DNA of 64,000 nt, from contig JAYTSD010000004.1 in NCBI GenBank assembly GCA_043745805.1, forward strand, positions 128,001-192,000. Direction: 5' to 3'. Shown here in pieces: positions 10,262 through 20,069 of this stretch. Positions within the stretch are counted from its first letter, which is position 1. Each line of letters starts with the position of its first letter. Source of the stretch: Fibrobacteria bacterium. GTDB taxonomy: Bacteria; Fibrobacterota; Fibrobacteria; UBA11236. The notes under the pieces are model-generated. The model was not told the DNA's origin. It saw only the letters and a list, made by a program, of their open reading frames with translations, and searched no databases. A program made the translations under genes and the position numbers.

Positions 10262-10990
10262 ATGACTATGAAAAAAGCCTATTTCATTTCCGATTTACAC
10301 TTTGGCGCCCATTATGGAAAATCGCATCCAGGCCGCGAAGAAAGTTTTCATCGCTTTTTAAAAACCATTACACCGCAGGCGAGTCATATTTTTATTCTAG
10401 GTGATTTATTTGAATTTTGGATGGAGTATTCCCATTTCATTCCAAAAGCGCATTTCGCTACCTTGCGAGCCCTTGCCGAGGCCGCCAGTGCAGGCATAGA
10501 AGTTCATTATCTCTGCGGCAATCATGATTTTAATTTAGGGTCTTTTTTTGATGAACATTTAAAAATAAAAACCCATTCGGAATCCTTATCGATTACTTTG
10601 CAAGAAAAAAAAGTTTTTCTGATTCATGGCGATGGCTTAGCCAAATCCGATTGGAAATATCGCATTACGAAAAAAATAATCCGTCACTCACTGTCTAATT
10701 TTCTCTTTAAACTCATTCATCCCGATTGGGGCATGCGTCTCGCTTTCTTTGTAGGCAAAGCTTCCCGCGATCAACATGATTGTAGGCCACGATTATTAGC
10801 AGAGTATCAAGCCGCTTCGGTGGCGCTTTTGAAATTGGGACATGATATGGTGATCCATGGCCATACTCATGCCGCTTTTGTGAAGGATTTACCTGAAGGG
10901 GTTTATATCAATAGCGGGGATTGGCTGCAACATCAACGTTACGTGGTGATAGAGCATGGGGTTTGTCGTCTAGAAGAGTTTGGTGGTTAA
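10262..10990 (+). CDS. lpxH: UDP-2,3-diacylglucosamine diphosphatase
   Basis: ISDLHF, LGDLFEFW, GNHDF, HGDG and HGHTH. Confidence 0.88.
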   Translation: MTMKKAYFISDLHFGAHYGKSHPGREESFHRFLKTITPQASHIFILGDLFEFWMEYSHFIPKAHFATLRALAEAASAGIEVHYLCGNHDFNLGSFFDEHLKIKTHSESLSITLQEKKVFLIHGDGLAKSDWKYRITKKIIRHSLSNFLFKLIHPDWGMRLAFFVGKASRDQHDCRPRLLAEYQAASVALLKLGHDMVIHGHTHAAFVKDLPEGVYINSGDWLQHQRYVVIEHGVCRLEEFGG

Positions 10991-11004
10991 CAAAGTTTCA
11001 TTTT

Positions 11005-11889
11005 TCACAACAGCGCGATTTGCTTTTTAATTTGCTCTAACTTTTCATAATCCTCTTTTTGCAAAGCCTCAACCTTAGCGACCAACAATTCCAATTTTTG
11101 CAATTCCTTGTTATGCAAAGAACCGCTTTCAATCAATTGCACAATTTGCTGGGTGTCCTCAGGATAGCCAAAATCGCTCATAAAGGTTTGAAACTGTTCT
11201 AGAGCCTTGCTGTATTCATTTTTATCCTCACGGCTATAAATCATTTTGGGTAACAATTCTTTGAGTAAAAAGGTTTTAATATCCCCTTTATAGGTTTGGA
11301 TTTTTATTTCTTCATGCTTTGTTTGCGCTGGCAAGCGTGGATCTTCGATATTATTTAAAAGCAAAGCAATTTCATTTTCTAAGGCGCGATGTTCTTGTTC
11401 GCGAAAACAAGCTTGATACATAATGGGAAAAGAGTTTACGCATAAATGCGCATGACTTAAAACAGTAAAGACTCCCAAATAAAATACATCGGCTTCACCG
11501 TGCATCATCTCTTCTTCACTATTAAAATACGCCACCTTAGCTGGGATAGGAATAAAATCGGCATTCTTCATCGACTCCAAACGTTCCCTTACCGCTTCAG
11601 GATCTAAAGCACCTTCGAGGCCACCCATATCCTTGGCTTGCTCAATAACTTCTTGAATCCCTTTTTCCAGAGACACGCCAAATTCCGCACGAAAAAAATC
11701 GCGAATGTTTCTTTGATCAACATAATTTGCTTGAATTGCGAGTATGCCATTGCGCACCATATGCGCTAAGGGATTGGGAGCATCCGGCCTTTCAATCATA
11801 TCGCCATGCACATGTACATAAGCGATGAGTTTGCCTTTTAAATATTCCGGATTACCTTTTTTTTGTTCCACATGCATAGCAAGACTCAT
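11005..11889 (-). CDS. Hypothetical protein with C-terminal UVR (UvrB/UvrC)-like coiled coil
   Basis: 294-aa ORF whose C-terminus ALQKEDYEKLEQIKKQI resembles the UVR motif. Confidence 0.6.
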   Translation of the reverse strand: MSLAMHVEQKKGNPEYLKGKLIAYVHVHGDMIERPDAPNPLAHMVRNGILAIQANYVDQRNIRDFFRAEFGVSLEKGIQEVIEQAKDMGGLEGALDPEAVRERLESMKNADFIPIPAKVAYFNSEEEMMHGEADVFYLGVFTVLSHAHLCVNSFPIMYQACFREQEHRALENEIALLLNNIEDPRLPAQTKHEEIKIQTYKGDIKTFLLKELLPKMIYSREDKNEYSKALEQFQTFMSDFGYPEDTQQIVQLIESGSLHNKELQKLELLVAKVEALQKEDYEKLEQIKKQIALL

Positions 11890-11934
11890 TAATACTCATT
11901 TCAAATAACTAATTGTTTCGGCTAATAATTTTCC

Positions 11935-13158
11935 CTAATGTTCTACGGAATCATCTTGGGGATTTTTCAATAAGCTCTTCTTCCAATGTACAAGGCATTG
12001 CGCCGCTTCGGCATAAATTTCTGATAAAGTTAAACCGGCAACTTGAGCCAAAGTCTTACAGCTCTCATATTCTGGGGTATAGCGAGTAATAGTGGGTTCA
12101 GTAAAATCAATTTGCTTAAACTCCAGCTCCCCCCAACGGGTTTTTATCATAAATTTGGTTTTTTTTCCAATTTTTCGATGCACCGGAAAATAGCGTACTC
12201 CACCCGTATTGGTTTCTTGAATGAATGTCGATAAAGCTAATTGTAAGTTTTTTTTTTCTACCAAGGCATTTAGTTGCGTAGCTGCGCGTCCCTTTTTCAT
12301 CACAATAGAATTTTGCCAAACATCCAAACAACCACTTTCCAATAATTTTTCTGCGGCGTACGCCAAAGCTTCGGGTGTCATGGAATCTAAATTGCATTCG
12401 ATTTGAAAAACTTGATCGGGAAAAGAATTTCCTGTATTTTCTTCGGTTTGCATTTGACATAGACGTAACACATTCGCTACCCCAGGGTATTCGCGCGATC
12501 CGGCTCCATAGCCTATTTTTTCCAAAATCATATCCGGTGCTTCGGAAATAGGACGAGCAAAATGAGTCGCTATCGCCATGCCTGTGGGCGTACAAAGTTC
12601 GGCCTCTAAAGGAATACGGCGCGAGGGAAAGCCCTGCGAAAGCGCTAGACTGGCGGGTGCCGGCTCCGCCAATTGACCATGCATGATTTTAATTTTTCCC
12701 AAACCAAAAGTAAAAGGGGTAACATAAAATTTTTCAAAACCTAAAAGCTGAAATCCTAAACAAACACCTACTATATCCACAATAGTATCCATAGCGCCTA
12801 ATTCGTGAAAGTGCACATCCTCTAAGAGAATAGCATGGATTTTTGCTTCCACTTCGCCTAAACGCGTGAAGATTTGACTTGCCTGTTGTACCACCTGTTT
12901 ATCTATGGGCAAAGTATTTATCAATTGTAAAATTTCTTTTAAACCACGATGTTGATTTTGTTTTTCGTAATGGATTTTAATCTGCGTTGCCGCAATTCCT
13001 TCGCGCGAAACTTTTTCTTGCTGAATTTCCCAAGGAGGCAAAGGCAATTTAAGCATTATCTCTTGCCATGCTTTAAAATCAAGGCCCAAATCAAATAAGG
13101 CGGCAAGGATCATATCCCCCGAAATGCCGGTATGGATGTCAAAAAGTAAAACCTTCAT
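11935..13158 (-). CDS. larC: Nickel-pincer cofactor nickel insertase LarC
   Basis: GISGDMILAAL, HFHELGAMDTIVD, ELCTPTG, GYGAG, IECNLD, MKKGR and PEYESC. Confidence 0.9.
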   Translation of the reverse strand: MKVLLFDIHTGISGDMILAALFDLGLDFKAWQEIMLKLPLPPWEIQQEKVSREGIAATQIKIHYEKQNQHRGLKEILQLINTLPIDKQVVQQASQIFTRLGEVEAKIHAILLEDVHFHELGAMDTIVDIVGVCLGFQLLGFEKFYVTPFTFGLGKIKIMHGQLAEPAPASLALSQGFPSRRIPLEAELCTPTGMAIATHFARPISEAPDMILEKIGYGAGSREYPGVANVLRLCQMQTEENTGNSFPDQVFQIECNLDSMTPEALAYAAEKLLESGCLDVWQNSIVMKKGRAATQLNALVEKKNLQLALSTFIQETNTGGVRYFPVHRKIGKKTKFMIKTRWGELEFKQIDFTEPTITRYTPEYESCKTLAQVAGLTLSEIYAEAAQCLVHWKKSLLKNPQDDSVEH

Positions 13159-13274
13159 TTCGTACTCTTATTTATATGTAAATGGGAAAGGTAAAAAAGC
13201 GAGGAAGGCAAAAAACAGAAACAGAATAAAATAACGTCTTAATATGTCCTTAGAATGTGAAAGGCGAGAAATGC

Positions 13275-14135
13275 CTAAAAATCAAAGGAGGCTTGGAATT
13301 TTTTTATCTCTTCGGGAACCATTTTTTTAACATCTTCAACTTCTTCTGGAGTAAAGCCTAATAGTTGAACAAAGGGTAAATTAATTTCGGGTTTACGATC
13401 CAAATCCGGCATACAATAACCCATATCATAGGCCAAGCCATCGGCATAATGCACTAGCGTAATCATTTCTTTATTGGTTTCCGCTTTATGTGGTAAATGA
13501 TGATGAATAATAGGAATGCGAATATCCTGTGGCAATTCCCATCGGGCGGTAAGCCAATCCCCTACTTGCGTATGATCAAATTCAAAAACATCTTTTTCGG
13601 CTTGTACTAAAGAAATTTTTTCAGCTTTCGCTTTTTGTAATGCTTTTACAAATTCTTCGTGAAAATATTGATCCAATACAATACGCCCCAAGTCATGAAT
13701 AAGGCCGGCGCAAAAACATTCTTCCGGATCGAAAAGCGTAATCTTTTTCATTTTCATGGCGAGCTGCTTCGCAATCACACCACAAGCTAGGGAATGTTCC
13801 CAAAATCTTTTACGACTAAAAAGGGCAGATTGTCCATCAGCAGGAAAAAGTTTCACAATACTAATACTGAATACCATAGTATTAATCACTTTTAATCCTA
13901 AAATAACCACGGCATTATGTACCGTAGTCACCGTGCGAGGTATGCCATAGAAAGCAGAATTGGCTAAGCGTAATACCTTAGAGGTTAAGGCCACATCCTG
14001 TGCAATAAGTTGCGCCACATCGGCTGCCGAAGTAGTAGGATCATTAATGATCTTAATCAGTTTATTTGCCACCTCCGGTAAGGTTGGTAAATTCTCAATT
14101 TGTTCTATTCTTTTTTGAAAAGCGCTTTTTGTCAT
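13275..14135 (-). CDS. HDOD domain protein
   Basis: LPTLPEV, KVLRLANSAFYG, FWEHS and GLIHDLG. Start moved to the ATG at 14135 to avoid overlap with the divergent gene. Confidence 0.9.
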   Translation of the reverse strand: MTKSAFQKRIEQIENLPTLPEVANKLIKIINDPTTSAADVAQLIAQDVALTSKVLRLANSAFYGIPRTVTTVHNAVVILGLKVINTMVFSISIVKLFPADGQSALFSRKRFWEHSLACGVIAKQLAMKMKKITLFDPEECFCAGLIHDLGRIVLDQYFHEEFVKALQKAKAEKISLVQAEKDVFEFDHTQVGDWLTARWELPQDIRIPIIHHHLPHKAETNKEMITLVHYADGLAYDMGYCMPDLDRKPEINLPFVQLLGFTPEEVEDVKKMVPEEIKKFQASFDF

Positions 14136-14220
14136 TTGAAACAAGTGTATAATGAAAAAGGGTTTTAGGTCAATAAAGGAAACAAAAAACCCTCTATAAC
14201 CATTAATTATATTTGAACCT

Positions 14221-15264
14221 ATGAAAAAACTGCTTAAATCACTTGCTCCCCTACTATTTTTACCCTCAGCTTTTGCCCTTAGCACCCAAGATGGTTTTCC
14301 TGGCTTGCAGCGTATTTATTCGGCGCAAACCCAAGGCCATTTGGTGTTTAGCACGGGCATTAGCGGTGATGGCTTTATAGACCCAGGTATGCTACAAGGC
14401 CAACATATATTTAGCTATGATCCCGATTCCTTAAACTCCGCTCCCGACACTCTTTCTTTGGATAATTTTCAATCTACTACTTTAAATGTGAATTTAAATA
14501 TGGGTTTATCGGACTACTTAGATTTGGGTGCAAGCATAGCTTTCCATGGAGAGCTGGCAGCGGATGACATTGGAAATAAACTTGCTGGCACTGGGTTAGG
14601 CGATTTAAAATTAGCCGCAAAAGTACAACTCCCTTTTCATCCCCATTCCCATGTTTTGGATTTCGCTTTATTTGCAGGTTTAAATATTCCCTTAAATGAA
14701 AAAAGTCGCGGCGTTTTCGCCAAAGAACCCAATTATTTTTCTGAAAAAGTTAACCTGCAAAAAAACTTTTTTAGCCAAGGTAACCCTTCGGAAACCTTTT
14801 TAATGCTTTGGACATTCGACCCATATTTACTGGAAGCCAAAATCCCTTTTCGTTGGCATTTAAATTATGGCTTACTCAATATTCAATCCAATGACTATGA
14901 TAATCGTTTTTTACTTTCGAGCGCAGTTGAATGGTCCATTGCTTATTCCCTTAACTTATATGTGGAATGGAATACACAAACTACTACTCCGCATTTAAAA
15001 GAAGGTTCGATTGGAAAAGACTTTCAAATTATATCAGGAGGAATGGGCATTAAAGCCTCGGAGAATTTTACAGTTACCCTCGGCATAGATAAAGCCTTTG
15101 GTGAACGTCAATCTTTTGCCCTCGAAAAATATTCAGCCGATGAACAAAAAATTTATCGCTATAAGTCTTATGCTTATCCTGATATAGCCTTTCGCTTTGC
15201 TATTCACTGGACGGGTTGTTTAGGGGATGACAAGAAAGAACAAAATCCCGAGGAATTTAAATAG
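14221..15264 (+). CDS. Exported protein, probable outer-membrane beta-barrel
   Basis: Signal peptide ending AFA, amphipathic beta-strand patterns, and a GLGDLKLAAK motif. Confidence 0.6.
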   Translation: MKKLLKSLAPLLFLPSAFALSTQDGFPGLQRIYSAQTQGHLVFSTGISGDGFIDPGMLQGQHIFSYDPDSLNSAPDTLSLDNFQSTTLNVNLNMGLSDYLDLGASIAFHGELAADDIGNKLAGTGLGDLKLAAKVQLPFHPHSHVLDFALFAGLNIPLNEKSRGVFAKEPNYFSEKVNLQKNFFSQGNPSETFLMLWTFDPYLLEAKIPFRWHLNYGLLNIQSNDYDNRFLLSSAVEWSIAYSLNLYVEWNTQTTTPHLKEGSIGKDFQIISGGMGIKASENFTVTLGIDKAFGERQSFALEKYSADEQKIYRYKSYAYPDIAFRFAIHWTGCLGDDKKEQNPEEFK

Positions 15265-15277
15265 CACGAGACCAATC

Positions 15278-15309
15278 AAAAAAAAGACCCGCTTATGCGG
15301 GCCTCCTTT
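15278..15309 (-). terminator. Intrinsic terminator
   Basis: Minus strand reads AGGCCCGC-ATAA-GCGGGTCT followed by a T tract; lies between convergent genes. Confidence 0.8.
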
Positions 15310-15350
15310 AAACTTTAAAAAAATTAAAGTAATGAATTTATTACTCCTTA

Positions 15351-16055
15351 TTAGAAATAGCGCACATAGCCAAAATTAATGGCCACATTGATAAAATCAG
15401 TAGGTTTTAATCCCTCACCAATTTTCAAATTCAGCACCGGTTCAAAAACCAATCCATTAAATTCACTGATTTTATAATTCATTGGGACGCTTCCGGTGAT
15501 TGTATGCCATACCAAATCTTTTTTCGGGAAGCGGCCAACTTTAACGCCAGCAGAATCAATCGTATATTCAGATTTAGATTTTCCAATGCCCAAATCATAG
15601 CCGACAGTGGGTATAAGCGCAAAAGTTTCACTGGTTAAAAAGCGAAAAGCAAATTGCGGTCCACCATGAATTAAGTAACGAGAGAAAGTGTGCAAATTAT
15701 TTTCTGGCGCGGTTGCCCCAGCATAAGAAAATCCCGCCTTAACGGCGAAACTAAAAGTGTTTACTAAGGACGGTTCCACAAATTCAAAAACAACATAAGG
15801 ATCCACACCAAAACCTTTTAAGGTATTATCAAAAGTAAGCGTGTCCTTCATTGGCTTTAAATAGGTGCAACCCAAAGTAGTGCGGCCTTCAATATTATAT
15901 TCAAAAGTTCCAGTGATATGGGAAATCTGGCTATTCCATTCAAATCCAATTTTTGGCACTATACCACTCATATCCTGTTCAAAAAGTTGAACTTGAGCAA
16001 AAAGCGGCGCGGCCATTAATATCAGAAATGAAGGAACGGATTTTTTTAAATTCAT
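15351..16055 (-). CDS. Small outer-membrane beta-barrel protein
   Basis: Signal peptide MNLKKSVPSFLILMAAPLFA, AGGAG SD, and a C-terminal aromatic beta-signal (INFGYVRYF). Confidence 0.7.
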   Translation of the reverse strand: MNLKKSVPSFLILMAAPLFAQVQLFEQDMSGIVPKIGFEWNSQISHITGTFEYNIEGRTTLGCTYLKPMKDTLTFDNTLKGFGVDPYVVFEFVEPSLVNTFSFAVKAGFSYAGATAPENNLHTFSRYLIHGGPQFAFRFLTSETFALIPTVGYDLGIGKSKSEYTIDSAGVKVGRFPKKDLVWHTITGSVPMNYKISEFNGLVFEPVLNLKIGEGLKPTDFINVAINFGYVRYF

Positions 16056-16196
16056 TTTATCGATTACTCCTACGAAGGTTGTCCCAAAAGGTAAGGCATA
16101 TAATCTACCCCCTAAACCTCTTATACACAAAAAGGAAATTGCAAATCTAAAAAAAAACTCAGCTTATGCTTCGAATTTGGAAAATAATTGGGTCGA

Positions 16197-17888
16197 CTAG
16201 TGATCTAGTTTGAATTTGAACTCTCGACGAAAGCCCGGAGTCACATTCACCGTCGTATCAAAAGGAGGATGTAAGCGATGAATAATTTCAATATGGCATT
16301 TGCCGACAGGCACTTCTAAATAATTTGCCATAGGTGTTTCACCTTGAGGTCTCCCATTAACAGTCAGTGCTGCAAAGGGAGGGGCCGATTTAACCATTAC
16401 AAATCCGGTTTGGCCTGAGGTCAAAATGGGATCATCGTCAGGGACTTTTGGATTGGGAGTTTTAGTCGGAAAAGTCGTGGGCGAAGGGATAGTTACAGGC
16501 TTTGGTTCAGGTCTATGGAATTCTTGACGAGCAGAATTATGATCGATCATAGACGATACATTTTTGGGTTCTTTAACGGGAACCTTAACCAGAACGGGTT
16601 CAGCAACGGGCTGTGGATCGACAATTGGAGATATTGTTGATGGAGGAACTTTTGTTGGTTCCACCGTGGTTGCCAGTGGCTTTATTAAAGGTTTGTTAAT
16701 CACAGCTATGGGTTGCGGAGTGTCAGATTCCCCGATGCCCATGCGCGTCCAAAAAATAACTCCCGCCAAAACCAAAAGACAAATTGAAATTAATACTCCT
16801 ATCCAAAGTACGGGACTTCGCATAGAAGGACCCATAGCTCCAGTAGTCGCATTATTGGGCCCTTGTGGCGCATAATCAAAAGTGGAACGTCGTTCAGAGC
16901 CAGTTGAGTTTCGATTAGCACTCGATTGCGATTGTCTTGGGACTACACCGCTGGTCCTTTTCCCCATTCCAGAACCGGAACTCATCGGTGGGCTACCCTC
17001 GGCCATGGTTCGATTTGATTCTAGACCTAAGCCACTTAAAAAGGTGCGCACGCGCTCCACGTTATCTACTATCCCTCGGCTATTGAGATACGAGCGCAGC
17101 TGAAAAGAAAGCCAGCGTGCCCCTTCACCGCGATCGCTAGGATTTTTTTGTAATAATACACCCACTAAACTCACCAAAAAGGGATCGGCCTCCGGATTTA
17201 ATTCCAAAATAGAGGGTTGCGTATGATCACAAATATTACGCATGGTGACCGGAATACTCGGGCCGGTAAAGGGTAACTTACCGGTTAAGCAATAATAAAA
17301 TACTCCGCCTAATGAAAATAAATCGGTTTTGTGGGAAGGCCGTAATCCTTCGATTTGTTCGGGAGACATGAAATTGGGGGAACCCAATACAGTGCCTGTT
17401 TGGGTTCGGTTTTGTTCATCTGCTATATGCGCAATGCCAAAGTCCGCAATCTTTAAAATGCCTTCGGAATTAAATAATAAATTTTCAGGTTTAATATCGC
17501 GATGCACCACGCCGTTTCGTTCGGCGGAAGTTAAACCTTCGGCAGCCTGACAAATAATGGCAGCGCATATTTCATTGGACATGGGACGTCCTACTAAGGC
17601 CTGACAAACCAATTGTAAATTTTGGCCATCAATAAATTCCATAACCAAATATTGCGCATTATCCTGAATACCAAAATCAAAAACTTCAACGATATTCATA
17701 TGGCGTAAGGCCGCAATGGTTTTAGCTTCTACGGTGAAACGATCGACAAGACTAGCATTGGCCGCTAAATGGGATTGAATAACTTTAATCGCGACAAGAC
17801 GATTTAACATGGGATCTTCGGCTAAGTACACGGTAGCCATGCCACCCTGCCCAAGTTGACTCAGTATTCTATACCGGCCGTATTCCAT
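16197..17888 (-). CDS. Hanks-type Ser/Thr protein kinase with TM helix, Pro-rich linker and PEGA-like domain
   Basis: LGQGGMATVY, VAIK, HRDIKPEN, DFG and MSPEQ; TM segment VLWIGVLISICLLVLAGVIFW; C-terminal VKSAPPFAALTVNG..GETP. Confidence 0.93.
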   Translation of the reverse strand: MEYGRYRILSQLGQGGMATVYLAEDPMLNRLVAIKVIQSHLAANASLVDRFTVEAKTIAALRHMNIVEVFDFGIQDNAQYLVMEFIDGQNLQLVCQALVGRPMSNEICAAIICQAAEGLTSAERNGVVHRDIKPENLLFNSEGILKIADFGIAHIADEQNRTQTGTVLGSPNFMSPEQIEGLRPSHKTDLFSLGGVFYYCLTGKLPFTGPSIPVTMRNICDHTQPSILELNPEADPFLVSLVGVLLQKNPSDRGEGARWLSFQLRSYLNSRGIVDNVERVRTFLSGLGLESNRTMAEGSPPMSSGSGMGKRTSGVVPRQSQSSANRNSTGSERRSTFDYAPQGPNNATTGAMGPSMRSPVLWIGVLISICLLVLAGVIFWTRMGIGESDTPQPIAVINKPLIKPLATTVEPTKVPPSTISPIVDPQPVAEPVLVKVPVKEPKNVSSMIDHNSARQEFHRPEPKPVTIPSPTTFPTKTPNPKVPDDDPILTSGQTGFVMVKSAPPFAALTVNGRPQGETPMANYLEVPVGKCHIEIIHRLHPPFDTTVNVTPGFRREFKFKLDH

Positions 17889-18013
17889 GTTTTATTTTCC
17901 GTTCCTGTTCTGGAATCGATTAGACGAAGCTATTGTTTAAATTGTTCCAGTTATTAATACCAGAACTTTAAAATTACCAATAAATTAATCTTTTGAGGTG
18001 AAGAACTTGCGGA

Positions 18014-18865
18014 TTAATCGAGTTCTTTTAACACTTTTTGAATGCGAGTCATAGCCTGCGCTTCGCTAGCCGCCTCCAAACATTGGGCATTCTTGCCGCG
18101 CAATCCCCATTGTCGATGATTATTGTCCTTGTATAAGCCTAAAGTTTTGGTACCGGTAATTGCAGCTAAATGGCTAACTCCGCTATCATTACCGATGAAC
18201 AAAGAGGCACTCGAAATAAGCTTAGCCAAAGCTGTACAAGATTCTGGCCGCTCAATACTAAATCGTTTTTCAAAAACCGGTGAAAGATCGTGCTCATTAG
18301 GACCCAAAACAATGCGTACATCGGGGAAACGGGTGCTTTTTAACTCCTGTGCCAAAAACCCATAAAATTCAGCGGCATAGTTTTTCTGTGGGCTTCCTGA
18401 ACCTGGATGGATAAGTGCATACTTTTCTCTTTTACCGGCTAAAGGCATGTAAATAGCCGATTCGGTTGGCAATGGAAGAGAGAACTTTTCCAAAACTTGT
18501 TGATGATAATCCATCACATGCAATCCATCTGAAGGGAATGGATTATAAAAAGCACCGATGCCTTTGCATTTGGCACTAAGCATAGATTTTAGCGCGAGAT
18601 TTTCGTCCATCCAAAGCACAGCGCCTTCCACGACACCTAAGAAAGTGGGCCATTCTTCACCTTGATAAAAAGGCAATAAAGCAGCGGATTCACAATCATA
18701 AAAGTCATCGACTAAACAAAATTCTTTCGCCATTTGCATATAGTCCGGCTTACCCAAACCAATAAACCGACAATCATGGAAATTTGTTCTTAAAGCCAAT
18801 AGTGTGGGCCAAGTGAGAATAAAATCACCCAATGCTCCGCGATGAGAAAATAAAAAAGTTTTCAT
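18014..18865 (-). CDS. Glycosyltransferase family 9
   Basis: GALGDFIL, IHPGSGSPQKN and FIGNDSGVSHLAA. Confidence 0.88.
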   Translation of the reverse strand: MKTFLFSHRGALGDFILTWPTLLALRTNFHDCRFIGLGKPDYMQMAKEFCLVDDFYDCESAALLPFYQGEEWPTFLGVVEGAVLWMDENLALKSMLSAKCKGIGAFYNPFPSDGLHVMDYHQQVLEKFSLPLPTESAIYMPLAGKREKYALIHPGSGSPQKNYAAEFYGFLAQELKSTRFPDVRIVLGPNEHDLSPVFEKRFSIERPESCTALAKLISSASLFIGNDSGVSHLAAITGTKTLGLYKDNNHRQWGLRGKNAQCLEAASEAQAMTRIQKVLKELD

Positions 18866-18872
18866 AACCCTT

Positions 18873-20036
18873 TCAGTACTTGGAAATGGGACGCCAACGA
18901 GGATTTTTAGAAGACATATCTACTGAATAAAAATTCTTTTCGAACTTAGTAGCATTCATATTAAAATATTGTAGTAAGAACTTTACTATCCATTTCTCAA
19001 TTTTTAATACCACCATTTTTTTACGCAAGCGACCTTGTGTATCGCGATTTAATATGGAAGGAATGGTGTTAAAGGTAAGGATTTCGTCGACATCCCTAGA
19101 ATTCAAATTTTCTCGCGCTTCGGGAGAAGAATAAAAATGCGTAACACCAAAGCAAATGCGATTGGGTTTTCCTTGCCGTAATAAACCACAGCATTCCACC
19201 ACCGTGGAACCCGTGCGTACCATATCATCCAACACAATAACATCTTTGCCTTCGATTTCTGAAAGCGATAAATCGGAATCAGGATGAATAGAAACAGAAA
19301 CTTTACGTTCTCCACTGCGCGTTTTTTCCATCCAAATACGTCGCGTTTTGGGCAAATTCAAGGCGTCATATACGCCATTCATAAAGGGAATGCCCCCTTT
19401 ATCGGGAGAACATAAAACCAAATTATTACCGTCTTTGCCAGAAACTACCATATCCGAAAATTTAATGTAGTCGGCATATACTTCATGCGGCAGAAGATTA
19501 TAAAACTCACCCGCAAAAGATTTACTAAACAGCTCTTGCACCTTAGTACTGTGATTATGCACCGTAACCACTACGTCAACACCCGCCGCTTTTAATAGTT
19601 CTGCGTATAAGCGAGATGTAAAAGGTTGGCCATCAAACTTTTTCATGTCTTGTTTGCTGCGACCCGCGACGCGCTCTTCTTCAGTCGCTATCGGACCTCG
19701 ATCTTGGGCGCTATAAAATAAATCCGGTTCTACCAAAACCACTTTAGCAGCGCCATTGTCTTTGGCAGCACGCGCTAAAATCAAATTACGCATGGCTTGC
19801 GAATCTCGGCCTTCCATGCCGGAAGTAGAACAAATAACGACTACTTTACCAAGCATGCCCTTACCGATTCGCTCCATATCGCTTTCATCGCTAATAAAGC
19901 GAGGGCAAAATTCAGTGTTCGCATAACTTTTTAAAGCAATGAGATCGCTGACTTCTTCAACTTGCCCGCACATATGTCCAATGTCTATGGCAAATGGATC
20001 ATCCGACACATTTCCAATGATTATGAAAGGGCTCAT
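18873..20036 (-). CDS. prs: Ribose-phosphate pyrophosphokinase (divergent, long form)
   Basis: YSAQDR, SPDKGG and the PRPP-binding loop VIVLDDMVRTGST. Confidence 0.85.
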   Translation of the reverse strand: MSPFIIIGNVSDDPFAIDIGHMCGQVEEVSDLIALKSYANTEFCPRFISDESDMERIGKGMLGKVVVICSTSGMEGRDSQAMRNLILARAAKDNGAAKVVLVEPDLFYSAQDRGPIATEEERVAGRSKQDMKKFDGQPFTSRLYAELLKAAGVDVVVTVHNHSTKVQELFSKSFAGEFYNLLPHEVYADYIKFSDMVVSGKDGNNLVLCSPDKGGIPFMNGVYDALNLPKTRRIWMEKTRSGERKVSVSIHPDSDLSLSEIEGKDVIVLDDMVRTGSTVVECCGLLRQGKPNRICFGVTHFYSSPEARENLNSRDVDEILTFNTIPSILNRDTQGRLRKKMVVLKIEKWIVKFLLQYFNMNATKFEKNFYSVDMSSKNPRWRPISKY

Positions 20037-20069
20037 GAGATCAAAACTCCAAAAACCGTCTGATTTAGC

